Counted from the stretch's first letter, positions 7,852 to 16,841 are shown. The stretch is DNA of 24,000 nt from Ewingella allii (GCF_044430645.1 NZ_JAWUDN010000002.1:2767-26766); one strand, 5' to 3'. Translations and numbers: made by a program. The notes: a model not told the origin generated them from the sequence alone.

Positions 7852-8051
7852 GATGATGTAGGAAAAATCCTATTTCTAATAATGACAAACTTGCGTGTGT
7901 AGTGGTTATTTAACTTTTCCGGTTTTATTTACTTTTTTGGTTAATACGCCACGGGCTTGCACATGCTACATCCAGCAGCAAAGCAACCTATTTAATGCCT
8001 TCATTTATAAGGCATCTGTAGGCTGTCAAAAAAATTAGGTGGGGTTTCATT

Positions 8052-8702
8052 ATGACTAATGAAGCAATATTAAATAACAACCTTTTATTGTTAATTACTA
8101 AGCCGTCACTTCAGGCCAGTGCTTTATTGCAGCAGTTAAAACATCAGTTAAGTGTCAACACTAAACTGCATAACATTAATAAGACACTAGAAGATGATTC
8201 ATTAAACCAGGCACTCATATTGTTTGACATGATGGAAGCAGACCAGCGACAGGTTGTCTTATGGCAATCCGTCATTCGTCGCTATGACGATAATGTGAAG
8301 CTTTTATTATTTAATACTCCGAGTGATTATCAGTTTAGAGAAATAGAAGCCTGGCCGCGCATTAGCGCCGTATTCTATAACTCTACGGAGGAAAATAAAC
8401 TGGTTGAAGGTATTAACAACGTACTCAATGGAGAATGTTATTTCACTCAAGGCTTTGCCAGCTACCTCATTAGTCAGTCAGGGCAATATCGCTATCTCAA
8501 TCATAGTGAAACCGGCCTAACCCATAGGGAACAAGAGATCTTAAATAAGCTGCGCGTGGGCGCTTCAAATACTGAAATTGCCCGGCTGCTCTTTATTAGT
8601 GAGAACACGGTCAAAACGCATTTATACAATTTGTTCCGCAAGCTTTCCGTCAAAAACCGGACTCAGGCCGTCTCTTGGGCTAACGACAATTTAAAGCGCT
8701 GA
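8052..8702 (+). CDS. csgD: CsgD, LuxR/FixJ-family master regulator of curli and biofilm
   Basis: 216 aa. Receiver-like N-terminal domain with the conserved ..LFDMMEAD.. aspartate. C-terminal LuxR HTH LTHREQEILNKLRVGASNTEIARLLFISENTVKTHLYNLFRKLSVKNRTQAVSWANDNLKR, nearly identical to E. coli CsgD. The SD context GGTGGGGTTTCATTATG also mirrors E. coli. Confidence 0.95.
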   Translation: MTNEAILNNNLLLLITKPSLQASALLQQLKHQLSVNTKLHNINKTLEDDSLNQALILFDMMEADQRQVVLWQSVIRRYDDNVKLLLFNTPSDYQFREIEAWPRISAVFYNSTEENKLVEGINNVLNGECYFTQGFASYLISQSGQYRYLNHSETGLTHREQEILNKLRVGASNTEIARLLFISENTVKTHLYNLFRKLSVKNRTQAVSWANDNLKR

Positions 8703-8703
8703 C

Positions 8704-9093
8704 ATGATGAAATTCGTCATCTGTCTGCTTTTCGGCCTGACATTAGTGTTAGGCCAGACTGCCAATGCGGCAGAAATTAAAGACCCTGGCTTGGTAACTG
8801 ACCACACGGTGACCTCCGTGGGTCACGACTTCTACCGCGGTTTTGCTGATCGCTGGGATATTAATTATGCCGAGACAATCACCATCAGCGAACGGCCAAG
8901 CGCCCGCTGGGGAAGCTGGATAAGCATCAAGGTTGGGCAAGACACGCTGTATCAAATATTGCTGTTTCCCAACCGCCGCAATTTTAGCAAAGAGGTCGAT
9001 ACCGCCGTGGCCAGTGTGCATGAAGCCCTGTCACGCCGCCAAATCGACAAAGCCTTATTGGGCACCGGTGATCTCACCGGCGATGAATTCTAG
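8704..9093 (+). CDS. csgE: Curli secretion specificity factor CsgE
   Basis: 129 aa with a signal peptide. It shows the conserved ..DHTVTSVGHDFYRGF.. and ..ISERPSARWGSWISI.. blocks and the C-terminal ..GDLTGDEF, as in E. coli CsgE. It starts 2 nt after the csgD stop (ATG at 8704 or 8707). Confidence 0.9.
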   Translation: MMKFVICLLFGLTLVLGQTANAAEIKDPGLVTDHTVTSVGHDFYRGFADRWDINYAETITISERPSARWGSWISIKVGQDTLYQILLFPNRRNFSKEVDTAVASVHEALSRRQIDKALLGTGDLTGDEF

Positions 9094-9102
9094 GAGCTTA
9101 CC

Positions 9103-9507
9103 GTGAAAATATCTGTCGCGCTTTTATCGCTGTTCCTTTTCTCCCCTCTCTCATGGGCGGGAAATATGGTGCATCAGTTTGTGAATCCCAACTTTGGCGG
9201 CAACCCGAACAATGGTGCTTTTTTGCTGAATTCGGCCAATGCGCAGAACTCATACAAAGATCCCAACGGCTATAACTTCGATGCTTATAACCCGTCGGCG
9301 CTGGACAACTTCACCTCTGCCTTACAGTCGCAGCTGCTGGGAACCCTGATGGGCAATGTGAATCAGGGCAAGCCGGGGCGAATGGTGACTCAAGATTTTA
9401 TTGTCGATGTGCAAAACACCGACGGTCAGCTGGTGATGAACGTCACCGATCGTAAAACAGGAAAGATTTCGACCATTCAGGTTCAGGGCATCAGTGGCTC
9501 GAATTAA
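9103..9507 (+). CDS. csgF: Curli assembly/nucleation component CsgF
   Basis: 134 aa. GTG start with an AGGAG SD 6 nt upstream. Signal peptide ..SPLSWA, then the conserved [29 protein letters not shown] motif. Confidence 0.9.
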   Translation: MKISVALLSLFLFSPLSWAGNMVHQFVNPNFGGNPNNGAFLLNSANAQNSYKDPNGYNFDAYNPSALDNFTSALQSQLLGTLMGNVNQGKPGRMVTQDFIVDVQNTDGQLVMNVTDRKTGKISTIQVQGISGSN

Positions 9508-9558
9508 AACCAAAAAATTCACCTAAACATCGCCAATCACAGCAGCGGGAAGGCCACT

Positions 9559-10392
9559 ATGCGCAGTTTGTTTCTATTTCTGATGATTTTTGCCCTCACA
9601 GGGTGTTTGACTGCACCACCAGATCAAGCAGCAAAACCCACCTTGCTGCCGCGAGCCCAGAGCTATCAGGACCTGACTAACTTGCCACCGGCGCGCGGCA
9701 AGATTTTTGTCTCGGTTTACAACATTCAGGATGAAACGGGACAGTTTAAACCCTATCCGGCGAGTAACTTCTCCACCGCCGTCCCGCAAAGTGCCACCGC
9801 CATGCTGGTGTCGGCACTTAAGGATTCAAAATGGTTTATCCCCCTTGAACGCCAGGGGCTACAGAACCTGTTGAATGAACGCAAAATTATCCGCGCCGCG
9901 CAGGAAAACGGCAGCGTGGCAGAGAATAATGCCCGCGCCCTCTCCTCACTGGTGGCGGCGAATATTTTGATTGAAGGGTCAATCATTGGCTACGAAAGCA
10001 ATGTGAAATCCGGCGGAGTTGGTGCCAGATATTTCGGTATCGGGGCCAGCACGCAGTACCAGTTAGACCAGATAGCCGTGAACCTGCGCGCCGTCGACGT
10101 CAATACCGGGGAAGTTCTTTCATCGGTAAATACCAGCAAAACCATTTTGTCTTATGAGGTGCAGGCCGGTGTCTTCCGATTTGTCGATTATCAACGATTA
10201 CTGGAAGGAGAATTAGGCTACACCACCAATGAACCTGTGATGCTTTGCCTGATGTCGGCGATTGAAACCGGCGTGATTTATCTGGTGAATGACGGTATTA
10301 GCCGCAACCTGTGGCAGCTGCAAAATCCGCAGGACGCCAAGGCACCGGTGCTCGAAAAGTATAAGAACCTGATTGTCCCTATTGCCTCTTAA
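9559..10392 (+). CDS. csgG: Curli outer-membrane secretion channel lipoprotein CsgG
   Basis: 277 aa with a lipobox LTGC. It has long blocks identical to E. coli CsgG as recalled (KIFVSVYNIQDETGQFKPYPASNFSTAVPQSATAMLV, GYESNVKSGGVGARYFGIG). Confidence 0.95.
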   Translation: MRSLFLFLMIFALTGCLTAPPDQAAKPTLLPRAQSYQDLTNLPPARGKIFVSVYNIQDETGQFKPYPASNFSTAVPQSATAMLVSALKDSKWFIPLERQGLQNLLNERKIIRAAQENGSVAENNARALSSLVAANILIEGSIIGYESNVKSGGVGARYFGIGASTQYQLDQIAVNLRAVDVNTGEVLSSVNTSKTILSYEVQAGVFRFVDYQRLLEGELGYTTNEPVMLCLMSAIETGVIYLVNDGISRNLWQLQNPQDAKAPVLEKYKNLIVPIAS

Positions 10393-10472
10393 TCTGGAGA
10401 AATTGATTCACGTTATCCCAGAAAATCGGATCCCCTGTAGCGTGATGACGCCGGGTTTTGGCAGTAGTTGGC

Positions 10473-10516
10473 GAAAGGAAACCCAACGATTGAGGCGGGT
10501 TTCCTTTCATTTTTTT
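10473..10516 (+). terminator. Rho-independent terminator of csgDEFG
   Basis: 12-bp perfect stem, gaaaggaaaccc (10473-10484) and gggtttcctttc (10497-10508), with a 12-nt loop, followed by ATTTTTTT. Confidence 0.75.
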
Positions 10517-10537
10517 GCTCAGTATTGACTCGAAATG

Positions 10538-10975
10538 TTATTCAGACTGCTGGTAATTATTGACCCGTTTTTTATCTTCCAAATTGAAATCCGGATCGAG
10601 ATAAATACTCAGGCGCTGAATCAACAGCTCATTAAATTCAAATACCGCGCAGAAGTGGTGACTTCCCGCCTCGGCCGTGGGCCAGCGTTCGCCGCTTTGC
10701 ATCACGCCGCGCATTTGTCCCTCAACCACCAGCGTATCTCCATCCGTGATAAAACGAAATTTATCCTGCATGTGCTGAATTTTATCGATTTCCAACGCGA
10801 AGCATTTGCCCAGTTCGCCCAGCGATGACTTTCCCTTTGCTGTACCAAATTTTGGGAAAAACACTTCAGTGTCCTCGGTAAACAGATCCAACAGTGTCGC
10901 ATCTGCCTGATCCAGCTTGCTATAAAACTGTTTCACAATCTCTATACGACTTTTTTTTAGCGCGTCCTGTGTCAT
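10538..10975 (-). CDS. SnoaL-like / NTF2-fold (ketosteroid-isomerase-like) protein of unknown function
   Basis: The ORF track begins it at a TTG at 10996. The ATG at 10975 (MTQDALKKSRIEIVKQFY..) has a GAGGGG SD about 5 nt upstream and is preferred. The size and the pattern of an N-terminal helix (..VKQFYSKLDQADATLLDLFTEDTEVFFP..) followed by beta-rich sequence fit the SnoaL/NTF2 superfamily. The assignment is by resemblance only. Confidence 0.5.
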   Translation of the reverse strand: MTQDALKKSRIEIVKQFYSKLDQADATLLDLFTEDTEVFFPKFGTAKGKSSLGELGKCFALEIDKIQHMQDKFRFITDGDTLVVEGQMRGVMQSGERWPTAEAGSHHFCAVFEFNELLIQRLSIYLDPDFNLEDKKRVNNYQQSE

Positions 10976-11199
10976 TTTTCCCCTCTTATCACTCAATGAG
11001 TGAAATCTAAGACCACCTGACTAAGACTAGTGAAACGCTTCAATTTTGCTGCTTTCACCTAAGATTTAAGATAACTCTCAGCAAATCGGCCCCTGTTGCC
11101 TTCAATTCATGGTCTACAGTTAATGAGGTATGACACTTTTATTCATTGAAGTGCGTTGGGCTGGCATGTTGCTCGCCCTCCAGACAAAAGGAACTGCTT

Positions 11200-11448
11200 A
11201 TGTTTGATAAAGCGAAAGATAAAGCTGAAGAGCTGGTTGGCAAAGGTCAGGAACAGTTTGGTCGCGCAACGGAAGATCATGGTCTGCAAGCAGAAGGCGT
11301 AGTCCGCAAAAATCTTTCTCAGGCATCCTATGCGGTGAACGACGCCGTGGATACCGTGAAGCGCCAAACCTCAGACAACCCAGTACCGGCCCTGCTTATT
11401 GCCGCCGGTGTAGGTTTCCTGCTGGCTAAACTGACAGGCCGTAAATAA
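11200..11448 (+). CDS. Small stress-type protein: CsbD-like N-terminus fused to a DUF883/ElaB-like C-terminal membrane anchor
   Basis: The ATG at 11200 with an AAGGA SD 7 nt upstream is preferred over the track start at 11146. The 82-aa product is MFDKAKDKAEELVGKGQEQFGRATEDHGLQAEGVVRK.. (CsbD-like pattern) ..NPVPALLIAAGVGFLLAKLTGRK (tail anchor like ElaB/YqjD/YgaM). Confidence 0.6.
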   Translation: MFDKAKDKAEELVGKGQEQFGRATEDHGLQAEGVVRKNLSQASYAVNDAVDTVKRQTSDNPVPALLIAAGVGFLLAKLTGRK

Positions 11449-11496
11449 TCAGCCTGTTTGCTCGATAAGCATGAGCAAGGCATGAATTTATGCCAT

Positions 11497-11525
11497 AAAA
11501 AAACCCGGCCAATGCCGGGTTTTTT
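11497..11525. terminator. Bidirectional Rho-independent terminator (CsbD-like gene on plus, higBA on minus)
   Basis: AAAAAA-acccggc-caat-gccgggt-TTTTT. A 7-bp GC-rich stem is flanked by an A-tract and a T-tract, and it lies between convergent stops at 11448 and 11541. Confidence 0.75.
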
Positions 11526-11540
11526 GTTGTTGTTTTGGGG

Positions 11541-11936
11541 CTAATTGCTGGGTTTGATGAGGCTTTCTGCCGGAATGCCAAACAACGTATGCAACTTCCA
11601 AATCATTGGCAAGGTGAGTTTTCGTTTACCATTTAGCACCTCGTAAACCCGGTTTGTACGCCCGATGGCCGGCTGTAGATCCTTGGCGGTTAGGCCAGAC
11701 TGCTCCATCCTAAATTTGATTGCTTCAATAGGATCGGGCAGATCGACAGGAAAATGCTTAAGTTCATAAGCTTCAATCAAGGTGATCATCACCTCAAAGA
11801 AGTCCCCTTCAGGCGTGCCGGGCTCTGGCTCATTATCAAATAAAGGTGAGACGATTTTTAGCGCCGCGCGGTAGTCCTGCTCGTTCCGAATCGGATGAAT
11901 GTCCAAGGTTTCACTCCATCTCAATAGTATTGGCAT
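11541..11936 (-). CDS. higA: HigA-family antitoxin (XRE helix-turn-helix)
   Basis: The C-terminal ..VLNGKRKLTLPMIWKLHTLFGIPAESLI.. matches the HigA HTH (E. coli ..SGKRKLTLEHAKKLATRFGISPALFI..). It lies downstream of, and overlaps, the higB-like gene. The track start at 12026 would overlap higB by 116 nt. The ATG at 11936 is chosen. A TTG at 11906, preceded by GGAG and lying just after the higB stop, is an alternative. Confidence 0.8.
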   Translation of the reverse strand: MPILLRWSETLDIHPIRNEQDYRAALKIVSPLFDNEPEPGTPEGDFFEVMITLIEAYELKHFPVDLPDPIEAIKFRMEQSGLTAKDLQPAIGRTNRVYEVLNGKRKLTLPMIWKLHTLFGIPAESLIKPSN

Positions 11937-12213
11937 CAACGCGGTCGTATTGCCTATGCGTACCCATAAACTTGATGTAAATGGCACCAAATCGATAAGC
12001 AATGGCTGCGACCAATCGATAGTCATTACCCTTGATATTAAAAACGACTCGCCGGCTTTTTAAGATACTGGCGCTGCGGAATTGCTCCTTAATATGGTTG
12101 GGGGTAGTCCATTCTGCGTTTCTGACCTCATCAATCCATGCTTTCAACGGCTGTTCAGAGTCTGGATACGCAGTCCAAAAAGTTTTTAGCGTGCTGACTG
12201 AGATTATTTTCAT
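11911..12213 (-). CDS. higB: HigB-family type II toxin (RelE-fold mRNA interferase)
   Basis: 100 aa, MKIISVSTLKTFWTAYPDSEQPLKAWIDEV..FNIKGNDYRLVAAIAYRFGAIYIKFMGTHRQYD. The toxin-first order and the ..F.I.GN.YRLV....F......I....TH..YD pattern are typical of the HigB toxin family. Confidence 0.8.
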   Translation of the reverse strand: MKIISVSTLKTFWTAYPDSEQPLKAWIDEVRNAEWTTPNHIKEQFRSASILKSRRVVFNIKGNDYRLVAAIAYRFGAIYIKFMGTHRQYDRVDANTIEME

Positions 12214-12226
12214 GCCCGCAAACTAC

Positions 12227-12270
12227 TCCCAATATGGGACTACGATAAGCGTTTTGAGAGGATTTTGGAA
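12227..12270 (-). promoter_or_regulatory. Candidate higBA promoter and operator palindrome
   Basis: The minus strand reads TTCCAA (12265-12270), 17 nt, TATCGT (12242-12247), then the inverted repeat TCCCA-TAT-TGGGA (12227-12239) between the -10 and the higB ATG. This is the usual position for TA autorepression operators. Confidence 0.35.
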
Positions 12271-12282
12271 GCCGCATTCCAG

Positions 12283-12316
12283 AAATAAAAAAGGCGCAGC
12301 ATGATTGCGGCGCCTT
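12283..12316 (-). terminator. Rho-independent terminator of alaC
   Basis: Minus-strand RNA AAGGCGCCGC-aaucau-GCUGCGCCUU, a 10-bp stem with one mismatch, followed by UUUUUAUUUCU. It lies 20 nt after the alaC stop. Confidence 0.7.
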
Positions 12317-12335
12317 ATTCTAAAAGAAGCTTTTA

Positions 12336-13550
12336 TTAAGCTTTAGCCGGGAGCACGCCATCTGCGCGGAACATGGCTTTAATGCCGCGCACGGCCTGGC
12401 GGATACGGTCCTGGTTTTCAATCAGGGCGAAACGCACGTGGGTATCGCCATAATCGCCGAAGCCAATACCTGGCGAGACGCAAACCTTGGCATCGGCCAG
12501 CAGGCGTTTTGCGAATTCCAGCGAACCTAAATGCTCGTAAGCCGGTGGTATCTTGGCCCAAACGTACATTGAGGCTTTCGGGTTATCGACCATCCAGCCC
12601 GCCTCGTGTAGACCGCGAACCAGCACGTTGCGGCGCTGGCGATACTGCTCGGCGATATCTTTGACGCACTGCTGATCCCCTTCCAGCGCGGCAATCGCTG
12701 CCACCTGCAATGGAGTAAAGGTGCCATAGTCGTGGTAGCTTTTGATTCTCGCCAGCGCGCTGACCAGCTCTGGATTACCGACCATAAAGCCGATTCGCCA
12801 GCCCGCCATATTATAGCTTTTCGACAGCGTGAAGAACTCGACCGCGATGTCCTTCGCGCCCGGCACCTGCATGATAGAAGGCGCTTTCCAGCCGTCATAC
12901 ACAATATCGGCATAGGCCAAATCATGGATAACCAGCACATTGTACTGCTTAGCCAGTGCGACCACGCGCTCGAAGAAATCCAGCTCAACGCATTGCGCCG
13001 TTGGGTTAGACGGGAAGCCGAGGATCATCATTTTTGGACGCGGAATGGTTTCGCGAATTGCGCGTTCCAGTTCAGCAAAGAAATCCACGGCGTCGGTTAA
13101 TGGCACCGAGCGTACCTGCGCACCGGCAATCACCGCGCCGTAGATATGAATCGGATAACTTGGGTTTGGCACCAACACAGTATCACCGTGATCCAAGGTT
13201 GCCAGCATCAGGTGCGCCAGCCCCTCTTTCGAGCCAATGGTGACAATGGCTTCGCTTTCTGGATCGATTTCAACCTGATAGCGATCGGCATACCAGCGGG
13301 AAATCGCACGGCGCAGGCGTGGAATACCGCGTGACGTGGAGTAACCGTGGGTGTCTTCGCGCTGAGCCACCTGCACCATTTTCTCAACAATGTGCGCCGG
13401 GGTTGCGCCATCAGGGTTCCCCATACTGAAATCAATAATGTCTTCGCCGCGACGTCGCGCAGCCATTTTCAATTCAGCGGTAATGTTAAAAACATAAGGG
13501 GGAAGACGATCGATACGTGAAAAACGACGTGGAGAACTGGAGTCAGACAT
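12336..13550 (-). CDS. alaC: Glutamate-pyruvate aminotransferase AlaC (YfdZ), PLP-dependent
   Basis: 404 aa. Long N-terminal identity to E. coli AlaC as recalled ([40 protein letters not shown].., ..[17 protein letters not shown].. with the PLP lysine). It sits beside ypdAB as in E. coli. Confidence 0.95.
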   Translation of the reverse strand: MSDSSSPRRFSRIDRLPPYVFNITAELKMAARRRGEDIIDFSMGNPDGATPAHIVEKMVQVAQREDTHGYSTSRGIPRLRRAISRWYADRYQVEIDPESEAIVTIGSKEGLAHLMLATLDHGDTVLVPNPSYPIHIYGAVIAGAQVRSVPLTDAVDFFAELERAIRETIPRPKMMILGFPSNPTAQCVELDFFERVVALAKQYNVLVIHDLAYADIVYDGWKAPSIMQVPGAKDIAVEFFTLSKSYNMAGWRIGFMVGNPELVSALARIKSYHDYGTFTPLQVAAIAALEGDQQCVKDIAEQYRQRRNVLVRGLHEAGWMVDNPKASMYVWAKIPPAYEHLGSLEFAKRLLADAKVCVSPGIGFGDYGDTHVRFALIENQDRIRQAVRGIKAMFRADGVLPAKA

Positions 13551-13681
13551 AAATTCCTCAAGGATACGTGAGCGCCCGGACCGTCCGAGCGACGCTGGCC
13601 GCGATGCGGCCTTCCAAGAACATATCTCAGGCAGAAAAAACTGTCGATACCCCAGACGACCTATTTTTAACCAACGAGAGA

Positions 13682-14236
13682 TTAACCTCGCGGCTCGTCG
13701 GCAAGGATCCCCAGCAGCCAGTCGTTATGCCACACCTCGCCAATGCGGTAGCTGTCGCGAAGGCAGCCTTCGAGCTGGAATCCACATTTCTCCAGCACCC
13801 TGCGCGAGGGGAAATTGCCCTCCAGCACGTTGGCCTGCAGGCGATGAAAACCGCAGGTATCAAAAGCAAAATCCAGCACGGCTTTCAGTGATTCAACGGC
13901 ATACCCTTTCCCCTGATGCTCGGGAGAAATGATAAAACCCACCTCACCCTGCTGATAAGGCCGCCAGTCGGGGAAGAAGCCGGTCAGGCCCACCGCCGCG
14001 CCGGTTTCGCGTTCGCGGATCACCAGACAGAGCCAAAAATCAGCATAGCGATCCCAGTGCCCAAGGCGCTGCTCGAAGCGATTGCGAATTTGCGCGGGCG
14101 AGTCGATATCACCAATAAAGCGCATCACCTCTGGCGTTTGGTACAGCTTTTGGAACAACCACCAGTCTTCATTTTCAATGGGTTGCATCACCAGCCGTGG
14201 AGTAGTGAGCTGCAAAGGCGTCAGAGTTTTCATCAT
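13682..14236 (-). CDS. GNAT-family N-acetyltransferase (RimJ/RimL-like)
   Basis: 184 aa. It has the ..[58 protein letters not shown].. acetyl-CoA-binding core typical of the Acetyltransf_3/RimJ-like group. An AGGA SD lies 5 nt upstream of the ATG. Confidence 0.85.
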   Translation of the reverse strand: MMKTLTPLQLTTPRLVMQPIENEDWWLFQKLYQTPEVMRFIGDIDSPAQIRNRFEQRLGHWDRYADFWLCLVIRERETGAAVGLTGFFPDWRPYQQGEVGFIISPEHQGKGYAVESLKAVLDFAFDTCGFHRLQANVLEGNFPSRRVLEKCGFQLEGCLRDSYRIGEVWHNDWLLGILADEPRG

Positions 14237-14336
14237 TATTTTCCTCTGGGTAGGTACCGCGTCAGCTTACAATTGAATCATTGGTTATTCATGCGTTTTA
14301 TGGCTTTAGTGCATTTCATTCCCTAAGACAATTCCC

Positions 14337-14345
14337 TGTTATAAT
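14337..14345 (+). promoter_or_regulatory. Candidate extended -10 promoter element for ypdAB
   Basis: TGtTATAAT at 14337-14345, 30 nt upstream of the ypdA GTG. The -35 is poor. A GGGAG SD lies at 14364-14368. Confidence 0.4.
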
Positions 14346-14374
14346 GGGCCTAAGCCGAAAACAGGGAGCCTGCC

Positions 14375-16078
14375 GTGCCGCAAGTGTTTGAAATGTTGCT
14401 GGCGGTCTTTGACCGCGCAGCGCTGATGTTAATCTGCCTATTCTTCCTCACTCGTACCCGTCTGTTTCGCAAGCTGCTACAGAAAGAGAGCCATAACCAC
14501 ACGGCGCTGGAACTCGCCGCCGCTACCGCGATTTTCTCGCTGTTTGCCATTTTCGGTACCCTATCGGGGATTAACGTCGAAGGCTCGCTAATCAATGTGC
14601 GCACCATCGCCATTATGTCCGGCGGAATACTGTTTGGCCCTTGGGTGGGGATTATTACTGGCCTGATTTCCGGCTCGCACCGTTATCTCATCGACATTCA
14701 CGGCGTCACCTCGCTGCCCTGTCTGATAACCAGCATCGTGGCCGGGTTTACCTCGGGCTATATCAACCTGAAAGTGAAGAAAGCTAACCATTGGAAAGTG
14801 GGGATTGCCGCCGGAATGCTGTGCGAAGCCCTGACTATGGTGCTGATTTTGCTGATGGCGAAGCCGTTTTCGCTGGGGGTGGATATCGTCATGAGCATCG
14901 CCGCGCCGCTGATCCTCGGGGCCAGCTCCATCGGCCTGATTATCCTGCTGGTGCAAAGCGTGGCCGACGAAAAAGAGGTGATTGCCGCCCGCCAGGCGCG
15001 ACTCGCCTTGGACATCGCCAATAAAACCCTGCCCTATTTCCGCCACATTGAAGGGCCGAATATTAACGCCCGTTCGCTGGAAAAGATTTGCAGTATTATC
15101 CGCGAAGATATCAACGCTGACGCCGTGGCCATTACCGATACCAAAAACATCTTGGCCTACGTTGGCGTGGGCGCCGAGCAGTACAACATCGGCCATGAGA
15201 TCATCAGTGATATCACCAAAGCGACGCTGGAGTCCGGTCAAATCACCATTAAAAACAATGATGAAGTGGACCGCACGCCGGAGATCCACTCGCTGATTAT
15301 CATCCCTCTATGGGAGAGCGGCGTAGTGACCGGCTCGCTAAAAATCTATTACTGCCACGCCCATCGCATCACCTATTCGCTGAAAGTGATGGCGGTCGGC
15401 CTGTCGCAAATTATCTCTACCCAGATGGAAGTGTCGCGAGCAGAGCAACTGCGCGAAATGGCCAATAAAGCCGAAATGCGCGCCCTGCAAAGTAAAATCA
15501 ACCCACACTTTCTGTTTAACGCGCTGAATGCTATTTCATCGTCTATCCGCGCCCGGCCTGACACCGCGCGCCAGCTGATCATCAATCTGTCGCGCTATCT
15601 GCGTTACAATCTGGAGCTAAATGACGAGCTGATTGACCTGCGTAAAGAGCTGCATCAGGTGCAGGATTACATCGCCATTGAGCAGGCGCGCTTTGGCAGC
15701 AAGCTGACGGTTATCTATGATATTGATGACGATATCTCGGTGCAGATCCCCAGCCTGTTGATTCAACCTCTGGTTGAAAACGCCATCGTCCACGGCATTC
15801 AGCCGTGCAGCGGTAAAGGGGTGGTGGTGATTGCGGTGAAGCGTCAGGACAGTAACGTGAGAGTGTCGATTAAAGACACCGGACACGGCATAAATCAGGA
15901 AACCATTGACCGGGTGGCGAGAAATGAAATGCCCGGCAATAAAATCGGCCTGCTCAACGTTCACCATCGCGTTTCACTGCTGTATGGCCATGGGTTAACT
16001 ATCCGCCGCCTTGAGCCAGGCACGGAAATTTCATTTTTGATCACCTCGGAAAATACCAATGAAAGCCATCATCGTTGA
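14375..16078 (+). CDS. ypdA: LytS-family sensor histidine kinase YpdA (5TMR-LYT, GAF, His_kinase/HATPase)
   Basis: 567 aa. It is collinear with E. coli YpdA as recalled (..[21 protein letters not shown].., ..[17 protein letters not shown].., ..[22 protein letters not shown]..). GTG start at 14375; a GTG at 14384 is an alternative. Confidence 0.9.
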   Translation: MPQVFEMLLAVFDRAALMLICLFFLTRTRLFRKLLQKESHNHTALELAAATAIFSLFAIFGTLSGINVEGSLINVRTIAIMSGGILFGPWVGIITGLISGSHRYLIDIHGVTSLPCLITSIVAGFTSGYINLKVKKANHWKVGIAAGMLCEALTMVLILLMAKPFSLGVDIVMSIAAPLILGASSIGLIILLVQSVADEKEVIAARQARLALDIANKTLPYFRHIEGPNINARSLEKICSIIREDINADAVAITDTKNILAYVGVGAEQYNIGHEIISDITKATLESGQITIKNNDEVDRTPEIHSLIIIPLWESGVVTGSLKIYYCHAHRITYSLKVMAVGLSQIISTQMEVSRAEQLREMANKAEMRALQSKINPHFLFNALNAISSSIRARPDTARQLIINLSRYLRYNLELNDELIDLRKELHQVQDYIAIEQARFGSKLTVIYDIDDDISVQIPSLLIQPLVENAIVHGIQPCSGKGVVVIAVKRQDSNVRVSIKDTGHGINQETIDRVARNEMPGNKIGLLNVHHRVSLLYGHGLTIRRLEPGTEISFLITSENTNESHHR

Positions 16079-16796
16079 AGACGAAGTCCTCGCACAGGAG
16101 GAGCTGAGTTATCTGATTAATGCGCATAGCGAAATCAAAATCGAAGCCAGCTTTGACGACGGACTGGACGTGCTGAAGTATCTGCAAACCCATGAAGTGG
16201 ATGCGATTTTCCTCGATATCAACATTCCGTCGCTCGACGGCGTATTGCTGGCGCAGAACATCAGCAAGTTCGCGCACAAGCCCTACATTATCTTTATCAC
16301 TGCCTATAAAGAGCATGCCGCCGAGGCTTATGAAATCGAGGCTTTCGACTACATTCTCAAGCCGTATCACGAGTCGCGCATTGTCACCATGCTGCAAAAG
16401 CTGGAGATGCATTTTAAACGTGACAAACAGGCGCTAACCCAGCCCGCACCCAGCAGCAACCGCGCCAGCCACAGCATCAATTTGATTAAAGATGAGCGGA
16501 TTATTGTTACTGATATCAATGATATCTATTACGCCGCGGCGCAGGAGAAAGTGACACAGGTCTATACCCGCAAAGAAGAATTCACCATGCCGATGAATAT
16601 CACCGAGCTGTGCAATCGCCTGCCGGAAGAGCATTTTTTCCGCTGCCATCGCTCCTACTGTGTGAATTTGTCGAAAATCCGCGAAATCGTGCCGTGGTTT
16701 AACAACACCTATATTTTGCGCTTAAGCGATTTGGACTTCGAAGTGCCGGTCAGTCGCAGCAAAGTGAAGGAATTCAGAAGCTTAATGCGGTTTTAG
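16059..16796 (+). CDS. ypdB: LytTR-family response regulator YpdB
   Basis: 245 aa. Receiver domain ([19 protein letters not shown]) plus a C-terminal LytTR DNA-binding domain (..[18 protein letters not shown]..). It overlaps the ypdA stop by 20 nt. Confidence 0.9.
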   Translation: MKAIIVEDEVLAQEELSYLINAHSEIKIEASFDDGLDVLKYLQTHEVDAIFLDINIPSLDGVLLAQNISKFAHKPYIIFITAYKEHAAEAYEIEAFDYILKPYHESRIVTMLQKLEMHFKRDKQALTQPAPSSNRASHSINLIKDERIIVTDINDIYYAAAQEKVTQVYTRKEEFTMPMNITELCNRLPEEHFFRCHRSYCVNLSKIREIVPWFNNTYILRLSDLDFEVPVSRSKVKEFRSLMRF

Positions 16797-16804
16797 CGAG
16801 AGTA

Positions 16805-16828
16805 TTCTCCCCCGCAGCCGGGGGAGAA
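16805..16828. terminator. GC-rich hairpin between the convergent ypdB and glk genes (probable terminator, weak U-tract)
   Basis: Perfect 10-bp inverted repeat ttctcccccg / cgggggagaa with a 4-nt loop (cagc). Neither side has a clear T-run. Confidence 0.45.
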
Positions 16829-16841
16829 AAGAGAGGCAAGA

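Noticed and set aside
10976-10996. TTG start at 10996 for the SnoaL-like gene, ATG at 11146 for the CsbD-like gene, ATG at 18112 for yfeO and ATG at 20791 for the LysR gene (track starts).
   Set aside because: In each case a downstream ATG has a properly spaced SD and gives an N-terminus matching family expectations. The longer forms remain possible but are less likely.
11937-12026. Long form of the antitoxin ORF (start 12026), overlapping higB by 116 nt.
   Set aside because: The extra N-terminal 30 residues (MTIDWSQPLLIDLVPFTSSLWVRIGNTTAL) are the alternative-frame read of the higB 3' end. HigA-like sequence begins only after the higB stop region.
12032-14326. Antisense or alternative-frame ORFs over higB, alaC and the GNAT gene (12032-12304, 12527-12988, 12732-13100, 13568-13891, 13916-14326, and others).
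   Set aside because: They overlap strongly supported conserved genes and have no independent signals.
14588-15289. 233-aa minus-strand ORF inside ypdA, and 123-aa ORF 16041-16412(-) inside ypdB.
   Set aside because: They are antisense shadows of conserved two-component genes, and their compositions (His/Gly/Asp/Gln-rich) are not protein-like.
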